64,000 nucleotides of DNA from Burkholderiaceae bacterium (GTDB taxonomy: Bacteria; Pseudomonadota; Gammaproteobacteria; Burkholderiales; Burkholderiaceae), in contig CANFRA010000001.1 in assembly GCA_947449305.1 (NCBI GenBank), positions 6,422 through 70,421 on the forward strand. Direction: 5' to 3'. The position numbers and the translations under genes are program-made. Of this stretch, positions 9,986 to 20,859 are shown one piece after another (the first letter of the stretch is position 1; the number at the start of each line of letters is the position of its first letter). The notes under the pieces were generated by a model, which saw only the letters and a program-made list of their open reading frames with translations, had not been told where the DNA came from and did not search any database.

Positions 9986-11117
9986 TTGAGTAATCTTGAG
10001 CTATGGCATCTATAACGCGATCTATATTGGGGGTAATCCCAACCCCAGTAGAATTAAGCTGCACAAGATCCAAGTGGCCGTGCTTTGCTATTAATGGCTG
10101 ATCACAGATATCAAAACGCAGATATTGATTTGACATGCTAAATCCCCAGGGCACATTACCAATAGCAAAGCCAATAGAAGCGGTGGCAGCTCCAGATAGA
10201 GATGTTTCTGCAACCTTGCATGCTAGATTAAGTTTGAGATTATTTCTTCGTAGAATTTGTGCACAGTTCCAGGCCTCCATTACTCCGCCGGTCTTAATCA
10301 GCTTGAGACTGGCTCCATTCAAGGCATCGGCTCCCATAAACTCCTCAATCTCACCAGAGCCATGGATAGACTCATCTAAGCCAATAGCAATTGGCGAGCG
10401 TTGCTTGAGCATGGCAAAATCAGACAAGGATGAGCCGGCACTAATCAACTGCTCTGCAAACGATAATTTACTCGCCTGCGCAGAAGCACAAAAACTTAGT
10501 GCATCATCTAAAGACATAGCGCCGTTAGCGTCGACAGAGATAACGTCTCCTTCCAATAAATCTGAAAGCAACTGGACGCGATACAAATCCTCCTCTAATG
10601 ACAATGAGCCAATCTTAATTTTCCAATGCCTAAATCCTGCCTCACGAAATGATTTGGCATCTTCTATTTCTTTTTCAGGGGTTCCACCAATCATTCGTAG
10701 CAAAGGAATTTCAGTCAACTCCTCTAAATCAATCCCGGCATTTAAGGAGCGAAGATATTTCCATAAAGAAATAGAATGCTGCTGTGTGTACAAATCAAGT
10801 AATGCCATCTCAAGGCAGGATTTTGCTGATGGATTGCCATACAAAATGGCATCACAAGCCTTGGAAAAAAGAGTAGGATCATCCCACTCGATGGCCCGCG
10901 CGTGCTCTACTAAATACTTCACGCTTGCTAATAGGCTATCGAGGGTTTCACCAGTCATGAGGGGTGCAACAGATGCTTCCCCCCAGCCTTGGCGACCCTC
11001 ATCGTCAGTAAGGCAAAGCAACACCGTTTTAGCATCCACAATCACCTCTTTGGCCATTTTGATTGGCTCAATTAGTGGTATAGATAGAGGAAAGATTCTT
11101 ACCTGATTAATTTTCAT
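9972..11117 (-). CDS. Enolase-superfamily enzyme, muconate-lactonizing-enzyme subgroup
   Basis: GWGE, KIK catalytic motif, metal ligands DAN / EQ / DES, second Lys (SLKLIK). Confidence 0.85.
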   Translation of the reverse strand: MKINQVRIFPLSIPLIEPIKMAKEVIVDAKTVLLCLTDDEGRQGWGEASVAPLMTGETLDSLLASVKYLVEHARAIEWDDPTLFSKACDAILYGNPSAKSCLEMALLDLYTQQHSISLWKYLRSLNAGIDLEELTEIPLLRMIGGTPEKEIEDAKSFREAGFRHWKIKIGSLSLEEDLYRVQLLSDLLEGDVISVDANGAMSLDDALSFCASAQASKLSFAEQLISAGSSLSDFAMLKQRSPIAIGLDESIHGSGEIEEFMGADALNGASLKLIKTGGVMEAWNCAQILRRNNLKLNLACKVAETSLSGAATASIGFAIGNVPWGFSMSNQYLRFDICDQPLIAKHGHLDLVQLNSTGVGITPNIDRVIDAIAQDYSIIQY

Positions 11118-11181
11118 TTTTTACAAAGTATTTGAAGCCAGATTTTAGTGGAATAAATATCAAGGATACGGAGAACATTAC

Positions 11182-11358
11182 ATGAGAAAAATCTTTTTAG
11201 CATTGTCGCTCATTAGCATAGGCCTCAGCGCTAACGCACAGGCGCAGAGTTACCCCAACCAACCCATCAAATTGATTAATCATTTAAACGAATACATTAA
11301 GTCAGAAGTTGCCAAGTGGGGCCCGATTGTTAAGAAATCTGGCGCTACTGCTGAATAA
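11182..11358 (+). pseudogene. Internally deleted Bug/TctC receptor remnant (58-aa open frame)
   Basis: Manual translation MRKIFLALSLISIGLSANAQAQSYPNQPIKLI-NHLNEYIKSEVAKWGPIVKKSGATAE*: Bug N-terminus fused directly to Bug C-terminal helix; GGAG RBS upstream. Confidence 0.8.
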
Positions 11359-11384
11359 TTAAATCATCTCACCGAAAGATACCC

Positions 11385-12932
11385 ATGATTGAAATTTCTG
11401 AAAAACGCCTCATCGGCCCCATCATTCGCCTCCACCCTAACGATAATATTGTCGTAGCGCGTATTGATGTTGGAATTGGCACAGAAGTACCTAGCGAGGG
11501 CTTTACCAGTCGCAGTCAGGTGCCTGCGGGCTACAAAATTGCGACAAAAAAGATTCTAAAGGGTGATCCGATTCTGAAGTACAACGTGACTGTAGGCTTT
11601 GCCAATACGGATATCGAAGCAGGCACCATGGTTCACAGCCACAACACAGAGTTTCGTGAATTTGATCGCGACTATGCCTACGCTAGTGAATTTAAGCCTA
11701 CTCAAATGTTGCCAGAATCTGAGCGCGCAACATTTCAGGGCTATGTGAGACCCAACGGAAAAGTAGGTACACGTAATTTCATCGGGATTTTATCTACCGT
11801 GAATTGCTCTGCAACCGTAGTCAATAAAATTGCTGACTGGTTTACACCAGAAAGATTGAAGGATTTTCCTAATGTGGATGGTGTGGTGGCATTTAGCCAT
11901 GACATTGGCTGTGGCATGGAAATGAGCGGTGAACCAATGCAATTACTCCGCCGTACGATGGCAGGTTATGCTCGCCATCCCAATCTTGCAGCCGCACTGA
12001 TTGTGGGTCTTGGCTGTGAGCGCAATCAATTAAAAGGTTTGATGGAGCAAGAAGACCTTACTGCAGGCACCAACCTCCACACCTTCATCATGCAAGAGAC
12101 TGGTGGTACACGCAAAACGATTGAAGCCGGAATTGAGGCAGTCAAGGCCTTACTTCCTGAGGCAAATAAAGCGAAACGTGAAACGGTTTCAGCTAGCCAT
12201 TTATGTGTTGGCTTGCAATGTGGTGGATCTGATGGCTTTTCGTCTATTACTGCCAATCCTGCGCTAGGTGCAGCAATCGATATTTTGTCTCGCCATGGTG
12301 GCACTGGTATTTTGTCAGAGACGCCGGAGATTTATGGCGTAGAACACACCCTCACCCGCCGCGCTGCAAGTCAAGCCATTGGTGAAAAACTGATTAAACG
12401 TATTCGTTGGTGGAAAGACGAATACTCTGTTGGTAGAGACGTACAGATTAATGGTCAAGTGAGTCCAGGAAATCAAATTGGTGGACTGGCCAATATCTTT
12501 GAAAAATCTTTAGGCTCTTCCATGAAGGGTGGCACCGGTCCATTAATGGAAGTGTATAAGTACGCTGAACCGGTGACGACTAAAGGCTTTGTCTTTATGG
12601 ACACCCCTGGATTTGATCCTGTATCCGCTACCGGACAAATAGCTGGTGGTGCGAATTTAATTGCCTTTACTACCGGCAGAGGTTCGATGTTTGGCTCCAA
12701 ACCTGCGCCTTGCATCAAGCTGGCTACCAATACCCCCATGTATCAGCGACTTACTGAGGATATGGACATTAATTGCGGGGAAATTTTGGATGGAACTGTT
12801 TCTGTTCAAGAAATGGGGCAACGCATATTTGAGCTTTTCCTAAAAACTGCTTCTGGAGAGGCCTCCAAAAGCGAGCTTCTGGGACTAGGTGATTATGAGT
12901 TTGTACCCTGGCAAATCGGGGTGATGAGCTAA
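11385..12932 (+). CDS. UxaA/GarD family sugar-acid dehydratase (SAF plus catalytic domain)
   Basis: DN..VA SAF domain, G.RN, H..GC, GLGCE, CGGSD, GN..GGL, EKSLG, FTTGRG motifs. Confidence 0.9.
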   Translation: MIEISEKRLIGPIIRLHPNDNIVVARIDVGIGTEVPSEGFTSRSQVPAGYKIATKKILKGDPILKYNVTVGFANTDIEAGTMVHSHNTEFREFDRDYAYASEFKPTQMLPESERATFQGYVRPNGKVGTRNFIGILSTVNCSATVVNKIADWFTPERLKDFPNVDGVVAFSHDIGCGMEMSGEPMQLLRRTMAGYARHPNLAAALIVGLGCERNQLKGLMEQEDLTAGTNLHTFIMQETGGTRKTIEAGIEAVKALLPEANKAKRETVSASHLCVGLQCGGSDGFSSITANPALGAAIDILSRHGGTGILSETPEIYGVEHTLTRRAASQAIGEKLIKRIRWWKDEYSVGRDVQINGQVSPGNQIGGLANIFEKSLGSSMKGGTGPLMEVYKYAEPVTTKGFVFMDTPGFDPVSATGQIAGGANLIAFTTGRGSMFGSKPAPCIKLATNTPMYQRLTEDMDINCGEILDGTVSVQEMGQRIFELFLKTASGEASKSELLGLGDYEFVPWQIGVMS

Positions 12933-12994
12933 TACGCCTGTAGAATTAATCATTAGCTCAGTAAGAACAAATACGTGAGGATTGATACAGGCTT

Positions 12995-13975
12995 ATGAAA
13001 TTTAGGGATTACTACGAAACGCTTGGGGTAGCGCGCTCTGCTACCGAGGCTGAAATTAAAACTGCCTACCGCAAGCTTGCCCGCAAATATCACCCAGATG
13101 TCAATAAAGAAGCTGGGGCTGAAGAGCAATTCAAAGAAATTGGTGAGGCCTATGCCGTTTTAAAAGATACCGAGAAGCGTGCAGCTTATGATCGCTTCGG
13201 TGCCAATTGGAAAAATGGTCAAGACTTCACCCCTCCCCCCAATTGGAATGAAGGCTTTGAATACTCTGATAATGGGTTTAATGGTGGCAGCCCAGGTTAT
13301 GGCGGTGGCTTTGAAGGAGATCAAAGTGAGTTCTTTGAATCTCTCTTTGGTAGAGGCAAGCACCGTCAAGGTGGTCGTAGCAGTCAATCACGCCAAGGGA
13401 TGAACTTCAAAGGGCAAGATCATCACGCCAAAGTTTTAATTGATCTTGCTGATGCCTACAACGGCGCTAAACGTACGATTTCATTACATATGCCAACGCA
13501 AGATCCCAGCGGTCATGTCAGCACTCAAGAGCGCAAATTAGATGTCAGTATTCCAAAAGGAATTAAGGCTGGTCAAAATCTTCGTCTCTCAGGGCAAGGT
13601 GGTCCTGGTATTGGCGAAGGGCCGGCCGGTGATCTCTATCTAGAAATTGATTTCCATTCAAATCCAATCTATCGGATTGATGGCAAGGATGTATTCATCG
13701 ATATTCCATTAGCACCATGGGAGGCGACCTTGGGCACTACAGTCAATGTGCCAACACCAGCAGGCTCTACTTTGGAGTTAAAAATTCCGGCAGGCACGGT
13801 TGCAGGTCGCAAGATGCGCCTCAAAGGTAAAGGCATCCCAAGTGCAGAGCCGGGTGACTTATATGTAGTTCCAACCATTGCACTACCGCCAGCCCAAACA
13901 GATACTCAGAAAGAAGCCTATCAACAATTCGAGAAGGCTTTTGATTTCAACCCTAGATCTCACTTGAAGGGATGA
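12995..13975 (+). CDS. cbpA: Curved DNA-binding DnaJ-class chaperone CbpA
   Basis: J domain with HPD, G/F region, no zinc finger, followed by cbpM. Confidence 0.88.
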   Translation: MKFRDYYETLGVARSATEAEIKTAYRKLARKYHPDVNKEAGAEEQFKEIGEAYAVLKDTEKRAAYDRFGANWKNGQDFTPPPNWNEGFEYSDNGFNGGSPGYGGGFEGDQSEFFESLFGRGKHRQGGRSSQSRQGMNFKGQDHHAKVLIDLADAYNGAKRTISLHMPTQDPSGHVSTQERKLDVSIPKGIKAGQNLRLSGQGGPGIGEGPAGDLYLEIDFHSNPIYRIDGKDVFIDIPLAPWEATLGTTVNVPTPAGSTLELKIPAGTVAGRKMRLKGKGIPSAEPGDLYVVPTIALPPAQTDTQKEAYQQFEKAFDFNPRSHLKG

Positions 13976-14289
13976 TCACCATGACGAAGATCAATACCAC
14001 TTGGATTGAAGCAAGCGTTGTAGAAAACGAAGTGCATATGAGTATTGTGGAGCTCTCACATGCCTCTCGCACTCCTCAAGAATTGATTATGTCTTGGGTA
14101 TCAGAGGGTGTCCTGAGTCCCGTAGGCTCATCCCCCGAAGATTGGCGCTTTAGTGGAGACTCTCTCAAAAGAGCCAAGACTGCAGCGCACCTTACGCACG
14201 ATCTGGAATTAAATGTGCCGGGCGTTGCCCTAGCCCTCGATCTCTTGGATGAAATCGCGCAGCTGCGCGCACGCCTCGAGCTTAAATAA
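13972..14289 (+). CDS. cbpM: Chaperone modulator CbpM
   Basis: MerR-like fold, L..DL.LN..G.AL.LDLL motif, coupled to cbpA. Confidence 0.85.
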   Translation: MITMTKINTTWIEASVVENEVHMSIVELSHASRTPQELIMSWVSEGVLSPVGSSPEDWRFSGDSLKRAKTAAHLTHDLELNVPGVALALDLLDEIAQLRARLELK

Positions 14290-14295
14290 GAGAGT

Positions 14296-16200
14296 TCAAG
14301 ACTCAGAACGACTGAGGAGCAGCTCCCAGCGTTGTAGCTTTTGATCTAGCTGGCTGGTAATCTCGGTTAAGCGCGCTTGCATACTAGTAGCTAACTCAGG
14401 CTCATTCTTATATAGATCTGGATTACTCATCGCAATACCGATATCGGCCTGCTCTATCTCTAGCTCTTCGATTTGTAAAGGCAAGGCTTCTAACTCTTGA
14501 CGCTCTTTGCCATTGAGTTTTTGTACCCCACTCTTTACTACTGGCTTTACTTCTACTTTAGGCTCTTGCTTGGCTTCGGGTTTGGGCTTTGCATTATTGG
14601 CGCGGATTTGATCTGAACGGGCCTTTTGGATTTTCCAATCCTCGTAGCCACCTTCATACTCGCGCCAAAAACCGTCCCCCTCATGAGCGATGATGCTGGT
14701 CACTACGTTATCCAAGAAATAACGATCATGACTAACTAAAAATACAGTGCCTTTGTAATCTTGTAGTAATTGCTCAAGTAAATCTAAGGTATCGATATCT
14801 AAGTCATTGGTGGGCTCATCTAAAACCAGCACATTAGCTGGTCTAGCGAATAAGCGAGCGAGCAATAAGCGATTACGCTCGCCACCTGATAAGGTGCTTA
14901 CCGGAGAATTAGTGCGCTCTGGTGCGAATAAGAAATCACTTAAATAACTCTTGACGTGTTTCTTATTGCCATTAATTTCGATCCACTCGCTACCTGGGCT
15001 AATGTAATCTTCAAGTGAAGCATTGAGGTCAAGGCCTTCACGCATTTGATCAAAATAAGCTACCTCAATGCGAGTGCCCATCGTAGCGCTTCCAGAGTCT
15101 GGCGCAATTGTCCCTAGAATCAATTTGAGCAAGGTTGTTTTGCCTGCACCGTTAGGTCCGAGTAAGCCTACTTTATCGCCGCGCAAAATCGTTGCCGTAA
15201 AGTCTTGCACAATCGGTCTATCGTAAGATTTACTCACCTCCTGCAGATCGGCAACAATCTTCCCACTACGATCACCTGCTGAAACGGCTAATTTAACTTG
15301 ACCCATCGCATCTCTGCGCTCAGTTCGGCTAGTGCGTAACTTTTCAAGACGGGCAATACGGGCTACGCTTCGCGTCCGGCGAGCCTCAACCCCCTTACGA
15401 ATCCAAACCTCTTCCTGAGCCAATAATTTATCTGCTCTGGCGTTAGCCAATGACTCCGCATTGAGTTCTTGTTCTTTGAGAACTTCGTATTGGGTAAAGT
15501 TACCTGGGTAGCTTCGTAGAATTCCACGATCAAGTTCCACAATTTGTGTGCAGACGTTATCTAAGAAAGCACGATCATGGGTGACTAGAATCACTGAGCC
15601 TTGATATTCTTTTAATAATTCCTCCAACCAGGCGATCGAATCTAAATCTAAATGATTGGTTGGCTCATCTAGAATTAAGACATCAGGCATTTCCACTAAA
15701 GCGCGCGCAAGTGCCACGCGTTTTTTAGTTCCACCGGATAGCGTACTGATCTTCAGATCTGCTTCTAAATGCAATCGATCGAGAGTTTCATGAACGCGCT
15801 GCTCCCAATTCCAGCCACTGAGTGCCTCCAATTGAGATTGCACCTCATCTAAGCGATGGTGAGATGCATCATCCCAGTCGCCTACGCTAAGTGCCTCATA
15901 TTCCTCGCGCAAGGCTTTGGCCTGGGCTACACCCTTGGAGACTGCGTCAAATACTGTCTCATTTGAATCAAAAATGGGCTCTTGAGGAACGTAAGCAATT
16001 CTTAAACCTTGCTGATATTGCAAAAGTCCATCATCCATTTTTTCAATGCCAGCCAAGATCTTCAATAAGGAAGATTTGCCAGTGCCATTGCGTCCAATTA
16101 AGCCGACGCGCTCACCCGATTCGAGTGAAAAAGCAGTATTTGCGAGGAGATCTACGTGACCGAAAGCCAGTTTTGCATCAGTAAGTACGATTAAAGCCAT
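14296..16200 (-). CDS. uup: ABC-F ATPase Uup
   Basis: Two ABC cassettes (GRNGTGKS, GPNGAGKT), WIRKGVEARRTR linker, C-terminal coiled coil. Confidence 0.9.
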   Translation of the reverse strand: MALIVLTDAKLAFGHVDLLANTAFSLESGERVGLIGRNGTGKSSLLKILAGIEKMDDGLLQYQQGLRIAYVPQEPIFDSNETVFDAVSKGVAQAKALREEYEALSVGDWDDASHHRLDEVQSQLEALSGWNWEQRVHETLDRLHLEADLKISTLSGGTKKRVALARALVEMPDVLILDEPTNHLDLDSIAWLEELLKEYQGSVILVTHDRAFLDNVCTQIVELDRGILRSYPGNFTQYEVLKEQELNAESLANARADKLLAQEEVWIRKGVEARRTRSVARIARLEKLRTSRTERRDAMGQVKLAVSAGDRSGKIVADLQEVSKSYDRPIVQDFTATILRGDKVGLLGPNGAGKTTLLKLILGTIAPDSGSATMGTRIEVAYFDQMREGLDLNASLEDYISPGSEWIEINGNKKHVKSYLSDFLFAPERTNSPVSTLSGGERNRLLLARLFARPANVLVLDEPTNDLDIDTLDLLEQLLQDYKGTVFLVSHDRYFLDNVVTSIIAHEGDGFWREYEGGYEDWKIQKARSDQIRANNAKPKPEAKQEPKVEVKPVVKSGVQKLNGKERQELEALPLQIEELEIEQADIGIAMSNPDLYKNEPELATSMQARLTEITSQLDQKLQRWELLLSRSES

Positions 16201-16278
16201 GGCGACATTATCGTCTCTTCCGTAAAAGAGGTGATATTTCTGAAATTACCTAAAAATGGTCCCTAGTGAGAGGATGAT

Positions 16279-17892
16279 TTACTTTGATAAATAATCTAGT
16301 GCGAGTGCTTCTGCTACCTTGATCCCATCGACGCCAGCAGACAAGATGCCGCCGGCATAACCAGCGCCCTCACCTGCTGGATAGAGGCCTTTGATATTGA
16401 GGCTTTGAAAATTTGGACCACGTGGAATGCGCAAAGGTGAAGAAGTTCTGGTCTCTACGCCCGTTAAGACAGCATCTTTCATCGAAAAGCCTTTGATTTG
16501 CTTTTCAAATACAGGCAAGGCTTCACGAATGGCCTCAATGGCATAAGCAGGCAAGCTTTGAGCTAAATCCGTTAAATGCACACCAGGCTTATAGGAAGGT
16601 AAGACGCTACCAAACTCGGTTGAGGCTTTGCCTTCCAGAAAATCACCTACTAACTGACCTGGAGCCTCATAGGTTCCACCGCCCAATTCAAAGGCTTTAG
16701 ATTCAAGCGCACGTTGGAACTCAATTCCGGCTAGTGGCCCGCCAGGATAATCATCTGGGGTAATGCCCACCACAATACCGGCATTAGCATTACGTTCATT
16801 GCGCGAGTATTGACTCATGCCATTGGTCACTACGCGGTTAGGCTCTGAGCTTGCCGCTACGACTGTGCCACCAGGGCACATACAGAAGCTATAGACCGAG
16901 CGACCATTCTTAGCGTGATGTACTAACTTGTAATCAGCAGCGCCAATCAACTCATTACCTGCATGCGGGCCTAAGCGCGCTTTATCAATCAGTGACTGCG
17001 GATGCTCAATACGGAAACCCACTGAGAATGGCTTAGCTTCCATAAAGACACCGGCCTCATGCAAAGCCTGAAAAGTATCGCGTGCACTGTGGCCAAGGGC
17101 CAGCACCACATGACTTGCCGGTAGATCATCGTGGCCTTCAATTTTGACACCAGTAATGTGCTCGTTCTGAATGTCAAAACCAATCACTTTTTGGGAAAAA
17201 CGAATCTCACCACCAAGCTCAATAATCTCTTGACGCATTTTCTCTACTACGCCTACTAAGCGGAAGGTACCAATATGAGGCTTAGCAACATATAGAATTT
17301 CTGCTGGAGCACCTGCCTTCACAAATTCATTAATCACTTTACGACCATAAAACTTCGGATCTTTAATCTGGCTCCATAACTTGCCATCTGAAAAAGTACC
17401 GGCACCACCCTCTCCAAATTGCACATTGGATTCTGGGTTAAGTACATTCTTGCGCCATAAACCCCAGGTATCCTGCGTGCGCTCTCTGACCTTCTTTCCG
17501 CGCTCGAGCACAATCGGCTTAAATCCCATTTGCGCCAAAACGAGTGCAGCAAATATTCCACAGGGACCAAAGCCAATGACTACCGGACGCAATGATTTGC
17601 CTGCGGCAATGGACTCAGGCGCCTTAGCTTTAAAGTGATAACTAGTATCGGGTGATGGTCTGATATGAGTATCGCCATCAAACTGCTTCAAAATGGCTTC
17701 TTCATTTTTAACCGAAAGATCTACTGTGTAGATAAAGGAAAGAGCCACATTCTTTCTGGCATCGTAGCTGCGCTTAAAGACCTCAAAACTGATTAAGTCC
17801 TTAGCAGGTAAATTGAGGCGTTTGAGAATCGCCGCTTCCACAGCTTCTGGAGCATGGTCGACAGGCAGACGTAGTTCAGTAACACGGATCAT
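16279..17892 (-). CDS. NAD(P)/FAD-dependent oxidoreductase (conserved uncharacterised flavoprotein)
   Basis: GFGPCG, GEGGAGTFSDGKL, FCMCPGG, GEGAGYAGGI motifs. Confidence 0.85.
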   Translation of the reverse strand: MIRVTELRLPVDHAPEAVEAAILKRLNLPAKDLISFEVFKRSYDARKNVALSFIYTVDLSVKNEEAILKQFDGDTHIRPSPDTSYHFKAKAPESIAAGKSLRPVVIGFGPCGIFAALVLAQMGFKPIVLERGKKVRERTQDTWGLWRKNVLNPESNVQFGEGGAGTFSDGKLWSQIKDPKFYGRKVINEFVKAGAPAEILYVAKPHIGTFRLVGVVEKMRQEIIELGGEIRFSQKVIGFDIQNEHITGVKIEGHDDLPASHVVLALGHSARDTFQALHEAGVFMEAKPFSVGFRIEHPQSLIDKARLGPHAGNELIGAADYKLVHHAKNGRSVYSFCMCPGGTVVAASSEPNRVVTNGMSQYSRNERNANAGIVVGITPDDYPGGPLAGIEFQRALESKAFELGGGTYEAPGQLVGDFLEGKASTEFGSVLPSYKPGVHLTDLAQSLPAYAIEAIREALPVFEKQIKGFSMKDAVLTGVETRTSSPLRIPRGPNFQSLNIKGLYPAGEGAGYAGGILSAGVDGIKVAEALALDYLSK

Positions 17893-17990
17893 GGGGCTCT
17901 TGGCTTGCTATATTCAGTCTCTAGGGACAAATGATACTGGCTAAAGGCCAGACGACCTCTGCTAACTAGCCATACAGGCGATAATGCGGC

Positions 17991-18539
17991 ATGGCTCTAC
18001 GCGCAACCATCCACAAAGCCGACCTTCACGTCGCAGACTCTGACCGCCACTATTACGGCAGTCACTCCCTCACCATCGCTAGGCACCCCTCTGAGACTGA
18101 TGAGCGGATGATGGTCAGAATCATTGCCTTTGCTTTGCAAGCCCATGAAGATTTAGCCTTTACTAAGGGCTTAAGTGATACCGATGAACCTGATCTATGG
18201 ATTAAAGATCTCACGGATGCCATTAAGCTGTGGATTGAGATTGGTCAGCCAGATGAACGGCGCATTCTGAAAGCCTGCGGTAGATCTGATCAGGTCATTG
18301 TGTATTGCTATGGCGGACACACTAGCAAAATTTGGTGGGATGGCATTGCCAATAAACTCACACGCGCTCGCAATCTCCAAGTTATCTCTATTCCAGATTC
18401 CCAAGCTAATGAACTCAATAAATTAGTTGAGCGCAGCATGGTCATTCACGTAAACATTCAGGATGGTGAAGTTTATGTCTCCTCTGATCAGGGCCAAGTA
18501 ACGATCACACCTGAAATTTGGCGTAGCAATCAAGACTAA
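17991..18539 (+). CDS. yaeQ: YaeQ family protein
   Basis: MAL.ATI.KA, ARHPSETDERMM.R, DEPDLW, WIE.GQPDE.R. Confidence 0.92.
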   Translation: MALRATIHKADLHVADSDRHYYGSHSLTIARHPSETDERMMVRIIAFALQAHEDLAFTKGLSDTDEPDLWIKDLTDAIKLWIEIGQPDERRILKACGRSDQVIVYCYGGHTSKIWWDGIANKLTRARNLQVISIPDSQANELNKLVERSMVIHVNIQDGEVYVSSDQGQVTITPEIWRSNQD

Positions 18540-18553
18540 GTCATTTCTTGTAG

Positions 18554-18970
18554 ATGAAATCCATTGTCTTTGATACCAATGTTCTACTAGATCTATTTGT
18601 CTTTAATGACTTTAGAGCACTTCATTTAAAACAAGCCCTGCTTGAGCATAAAATCGATGCGCTTGCTAGCCTAAAAACCTTAGAAGAGTTTGCAGACGTG
18701 ATCTCTAGACCTCTATTTTCTTTGGGGACAGCAGAACAAGAAAAGATCTTGCTGCAATGGAAATCTTTATCACGCCTTTTGGATGATCAAAGCCTCTTGC
18801 ACTCCCCCTGGCGCTGCCAGGACAGTGATGATCAGATCTTTTTGGACTTAGCCTTTACGGCAAAGCCCTGCACTTTGATTAGCAAAGACAATGAGGTATT
18901 AAAGTTTGCCGCTCGGGCCGTAAAAGAAGGCGTCTTGATTTCTGCTGACTACAACTCTTTAGATCTCTAG
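18554..18970 (+). CDS. PIN-domain protein (PIN_3-type), no adjacent antitoxin
   Basis: VFDTNV, E, C.D.DDQ.FL and LISKD acidic PIN motifs. Confidence 0.82.
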   Translation: MKSIVFDTNVLLDLFVFNDFRALHLKQALLEHKIDALASLKTLEEFADVISRPLFSLGTAEQEKILLQWKSLSRLLDDQSLLHSPWRCQDSDDQIFLDLAFTAKPCTLISKDNEVLKFAARAVKEGVLISADYNSLDL

Positions 18971-19963
18971 CGACTGGGCAGCCTGTGCTGCAATTTCAAA
19001 TGATCGTAAGCGTGCTTGATGATCAAAGATTTGACCAGTGATAATAATTTCATTTGCTCTAGTAGCCTCTAGCCAATGACGCATTCCATTTTTAACGGTT
19101 TCTAGTGAGCCCACTACAGAGACTTGCAAGGTATGCGCTGCAGCTGCCTGTTCATGGGGCTCACAAAATTCATCGAGATTGGCTATTGGTGGCGGCAATT
19201 GACCGCGGGTATTACGCCTCATGCGAACCACATTTTGCTGCAGAGTTGTAAATAGATAAGCAGCCTCTTCATCTGTGTCGGCAGCCACGACATTCATCAC
19301 AAAAGCGCAATAGGGTTTATCTAATTTATCCGAGGGTTTGAAGAGCTCACGATACATCTTCATTGCCTCCAATAATTGATCAGGAGCAAAGTGTGAGGCA
19401 AATGCATAAGGCAAGCCAAAATGTGCAGCAAGCTGAGCGCCATAAAGACTAGAGCCCAGAATCCAAATGGGCACCTCAGTATTAGCACCAGGAATAGCCT
19501 TAACAGACTGACCCTCCTGAATCGGACCAAAATAATGTTGTAGCTCGCGAACATCTTGTGGAAACCGATCATCACTACCAAGCAGATCTCGGCGCAAGGC
19601 TCTTGCCGTCATTTGGTCAGTACCAGGTGCCCTACCTAGACCTAAGTCAATTCTTCCAGGATAGAGAGACTCTAAAGTGCCAAACTGCTCAGCGATGACT
19701 AAAGGGGCATGGTTAGGTAGCATCACCCCGCCAGACCCTACACGAATATGCGTTGTTCCTGCCGCCAGATAACCTATCAATACAGCCGTTGCAGAGCTCG
19801 CATTGCCTGTCATATTGTGATGTTCTGCCACCCAATAACGGGTATAGCCCCATTTTTCAGCATGCTGAGCAACATCCAAAGAATGACGCAAGGCATCGGC
19901 CGCAGTAAAACCCGCAGGGATGGGAGATATATCTAGAATGGAGTACGGGATGGGATTTGCCAT
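18959..19963 (-). CDS. Luciferase-like (LLM class) flavin-dependent oxidoreductase, YhbW-like
   Basis: [38 protein letters not shown]. Confidence 0.9.
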   Translation of the reverse strand: MANPIPYSILDISPIPAGFTAADALRHSLDVAQHAEKWGYTRYWVAEHHNMTGNASSATAVLIGYLAAGTTHIRVGSGGVMLPNHAPLVIAEQFGTLESLYPGRIDLGLGRAPGTDQMTARALRRDLLGSDDRFPQDVRELQHYFGPIQEGQSVKAIPGANTEVPIWILGSSLYGAQLAAHFGLPYAFASHFAPDQLLEAMKMYRELFKPSDKLDKPYCAFVMNVVAADTDEEAAYLFTTLQQNVVRMRRNTRGQLPPPIANLDEFCEPHEQAAAAHTLQVSVVGSLETVKNGMRHWLEATRANEIIITGQIFDHQARLRSFEIAAQAAQSLEI

Positions 19964-19996
19964 CTCAAGATCATACTGAGAAAGTACATTGTTGAC

Positions 19997-20218
19997 ATGA
20001 CTAAGCCCAAAATGGCTGCCCCTGATGAAGGCCTCTTTAAGCCCGGTAGCAGACTAAAGCATCTAAAGACTGGGGGATTTTATAAAGTCCTCTTGCTTGC
20101 GAATATCGAAGCTTCTCTTGAGCCAGCCTATGTTTATGAATCAATGCAATCACATGATTTTTGGATCAGGCCAAAAGTAGAAATGGAAGATGGGCGTTTT
20201 GAGCTCGTCTCAGAATAA
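19997..20218 (+). CDS. DUF1653-like small protein
   Basis: KH.KTGG.Y.V...A....LE..YVY......WIRP..E..DGRF pattern. Confidence 0.7.
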   Translation: MTKPKMAAPDEGLFKPGSRLKHLKTGGFYKVLLLANIEASLEPAYVYESMQSHDFWIRPKVEMEDGRFELVSE

Positions 20219-20232
20219 AAAGGTTAAGTTAA

Positions 20233-20433
20233 ATGAGTGATGATCGTATTACTAACTTAGAAATCAAATTAAGCTTTACTGAAGATCTGATTGAAAAACT
20301 CAATGAGACTGTCTACAAGCAACAGCAACAAATTGAATTTCTGTACCGCGAGCTAAAAGCCATTAAAGAGCAGGCTAGTAGCTCTGGTGGCGGTAGTGGA
20401 AGCTCTAAAGATGAAATCCCCCCACACTACTAG
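20233..20433 (+). CDS. slyX: SlyX family protein
   Basis: RI..LEIKLSF.ED..E.LN..V..QQ and terminal PPHY. Confidence 0.9.
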   Translation: MSDDRITNLEIKLSFTEDLIEKLNETVYKQQQQIEFLYRELKAIKEQASSSGGGSGSSKDEIPPHY

Positions 20434-20503
20434 ATGACTGATAAGATCATCCTATAAGAACCATTCTCTAATCACTTCTCATCGGAAGAAAAGGCAGAAA
20501 ATC

Positions 20504-20851
20504 ATGGGTAACTTAACGCTATTTGTAGTTCAATGGGGGCTCACCTCCTTATCACTCTGGGTAGCTAGCTATATATTTAGTGGCTTACGCTTTGCTGATG
20601 GAGGGTCACTCATCATTGCGGCCCTGCTCTTAGGATTTGCCAATGCCATCGTTAAGCCATTACTTATTCTATTTACCTTACCTTTAACGGTAATTACGAT
20701 GGGCTTATTTTTGTTGGTCATCAATGCATTAGTCTTGATGCTAGTGTCATCAGTCGTTAGTGGATTTACGATTTCCAGCTTTTGGACTGCGCTCTTTGCG
20801 AGCATCTTTATTTCTTTATTCAGCCTCTTTGTCAGTGGCTTGGTCTTCTAA
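20504..20851 (+). CDS. YvlD-like four-TM membrane protein (phage holin family 4_2 annotation)
   Basis: NAIVKPLL..FTLPLT..T.GLF..VINA signature. Confidence 0.85.
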   Translation: MGNLTLFVVQWGLTSLSLWVASYIFSGLRFADGGSLIIAALLLGFANAIVKPLLILFTLPLTVITMGLFLLVINALVLMLVSSVVSGFTISSFWTALFASIFISLFSLFVSGLVF

Positions 20852-20859
20852 AGACTCAG

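Noticed and set aside
10135-11106. 323-aa plus-strand ORF
   Set aside because: Antisense shadow of the enolase-superfamily gene; Ser-rich with no motifs
18554-18970. PIN protein as part of a TA pair
   Set aside because: No antitoxin ORF adjacent; it follows yaeQ in an apparently housekeeping context
20504-20851. 'Phage holin' suggesting a prophage
   Set aside because: YvlD-type housekeeping membrane protein; no endolysin or phage genes adjacent
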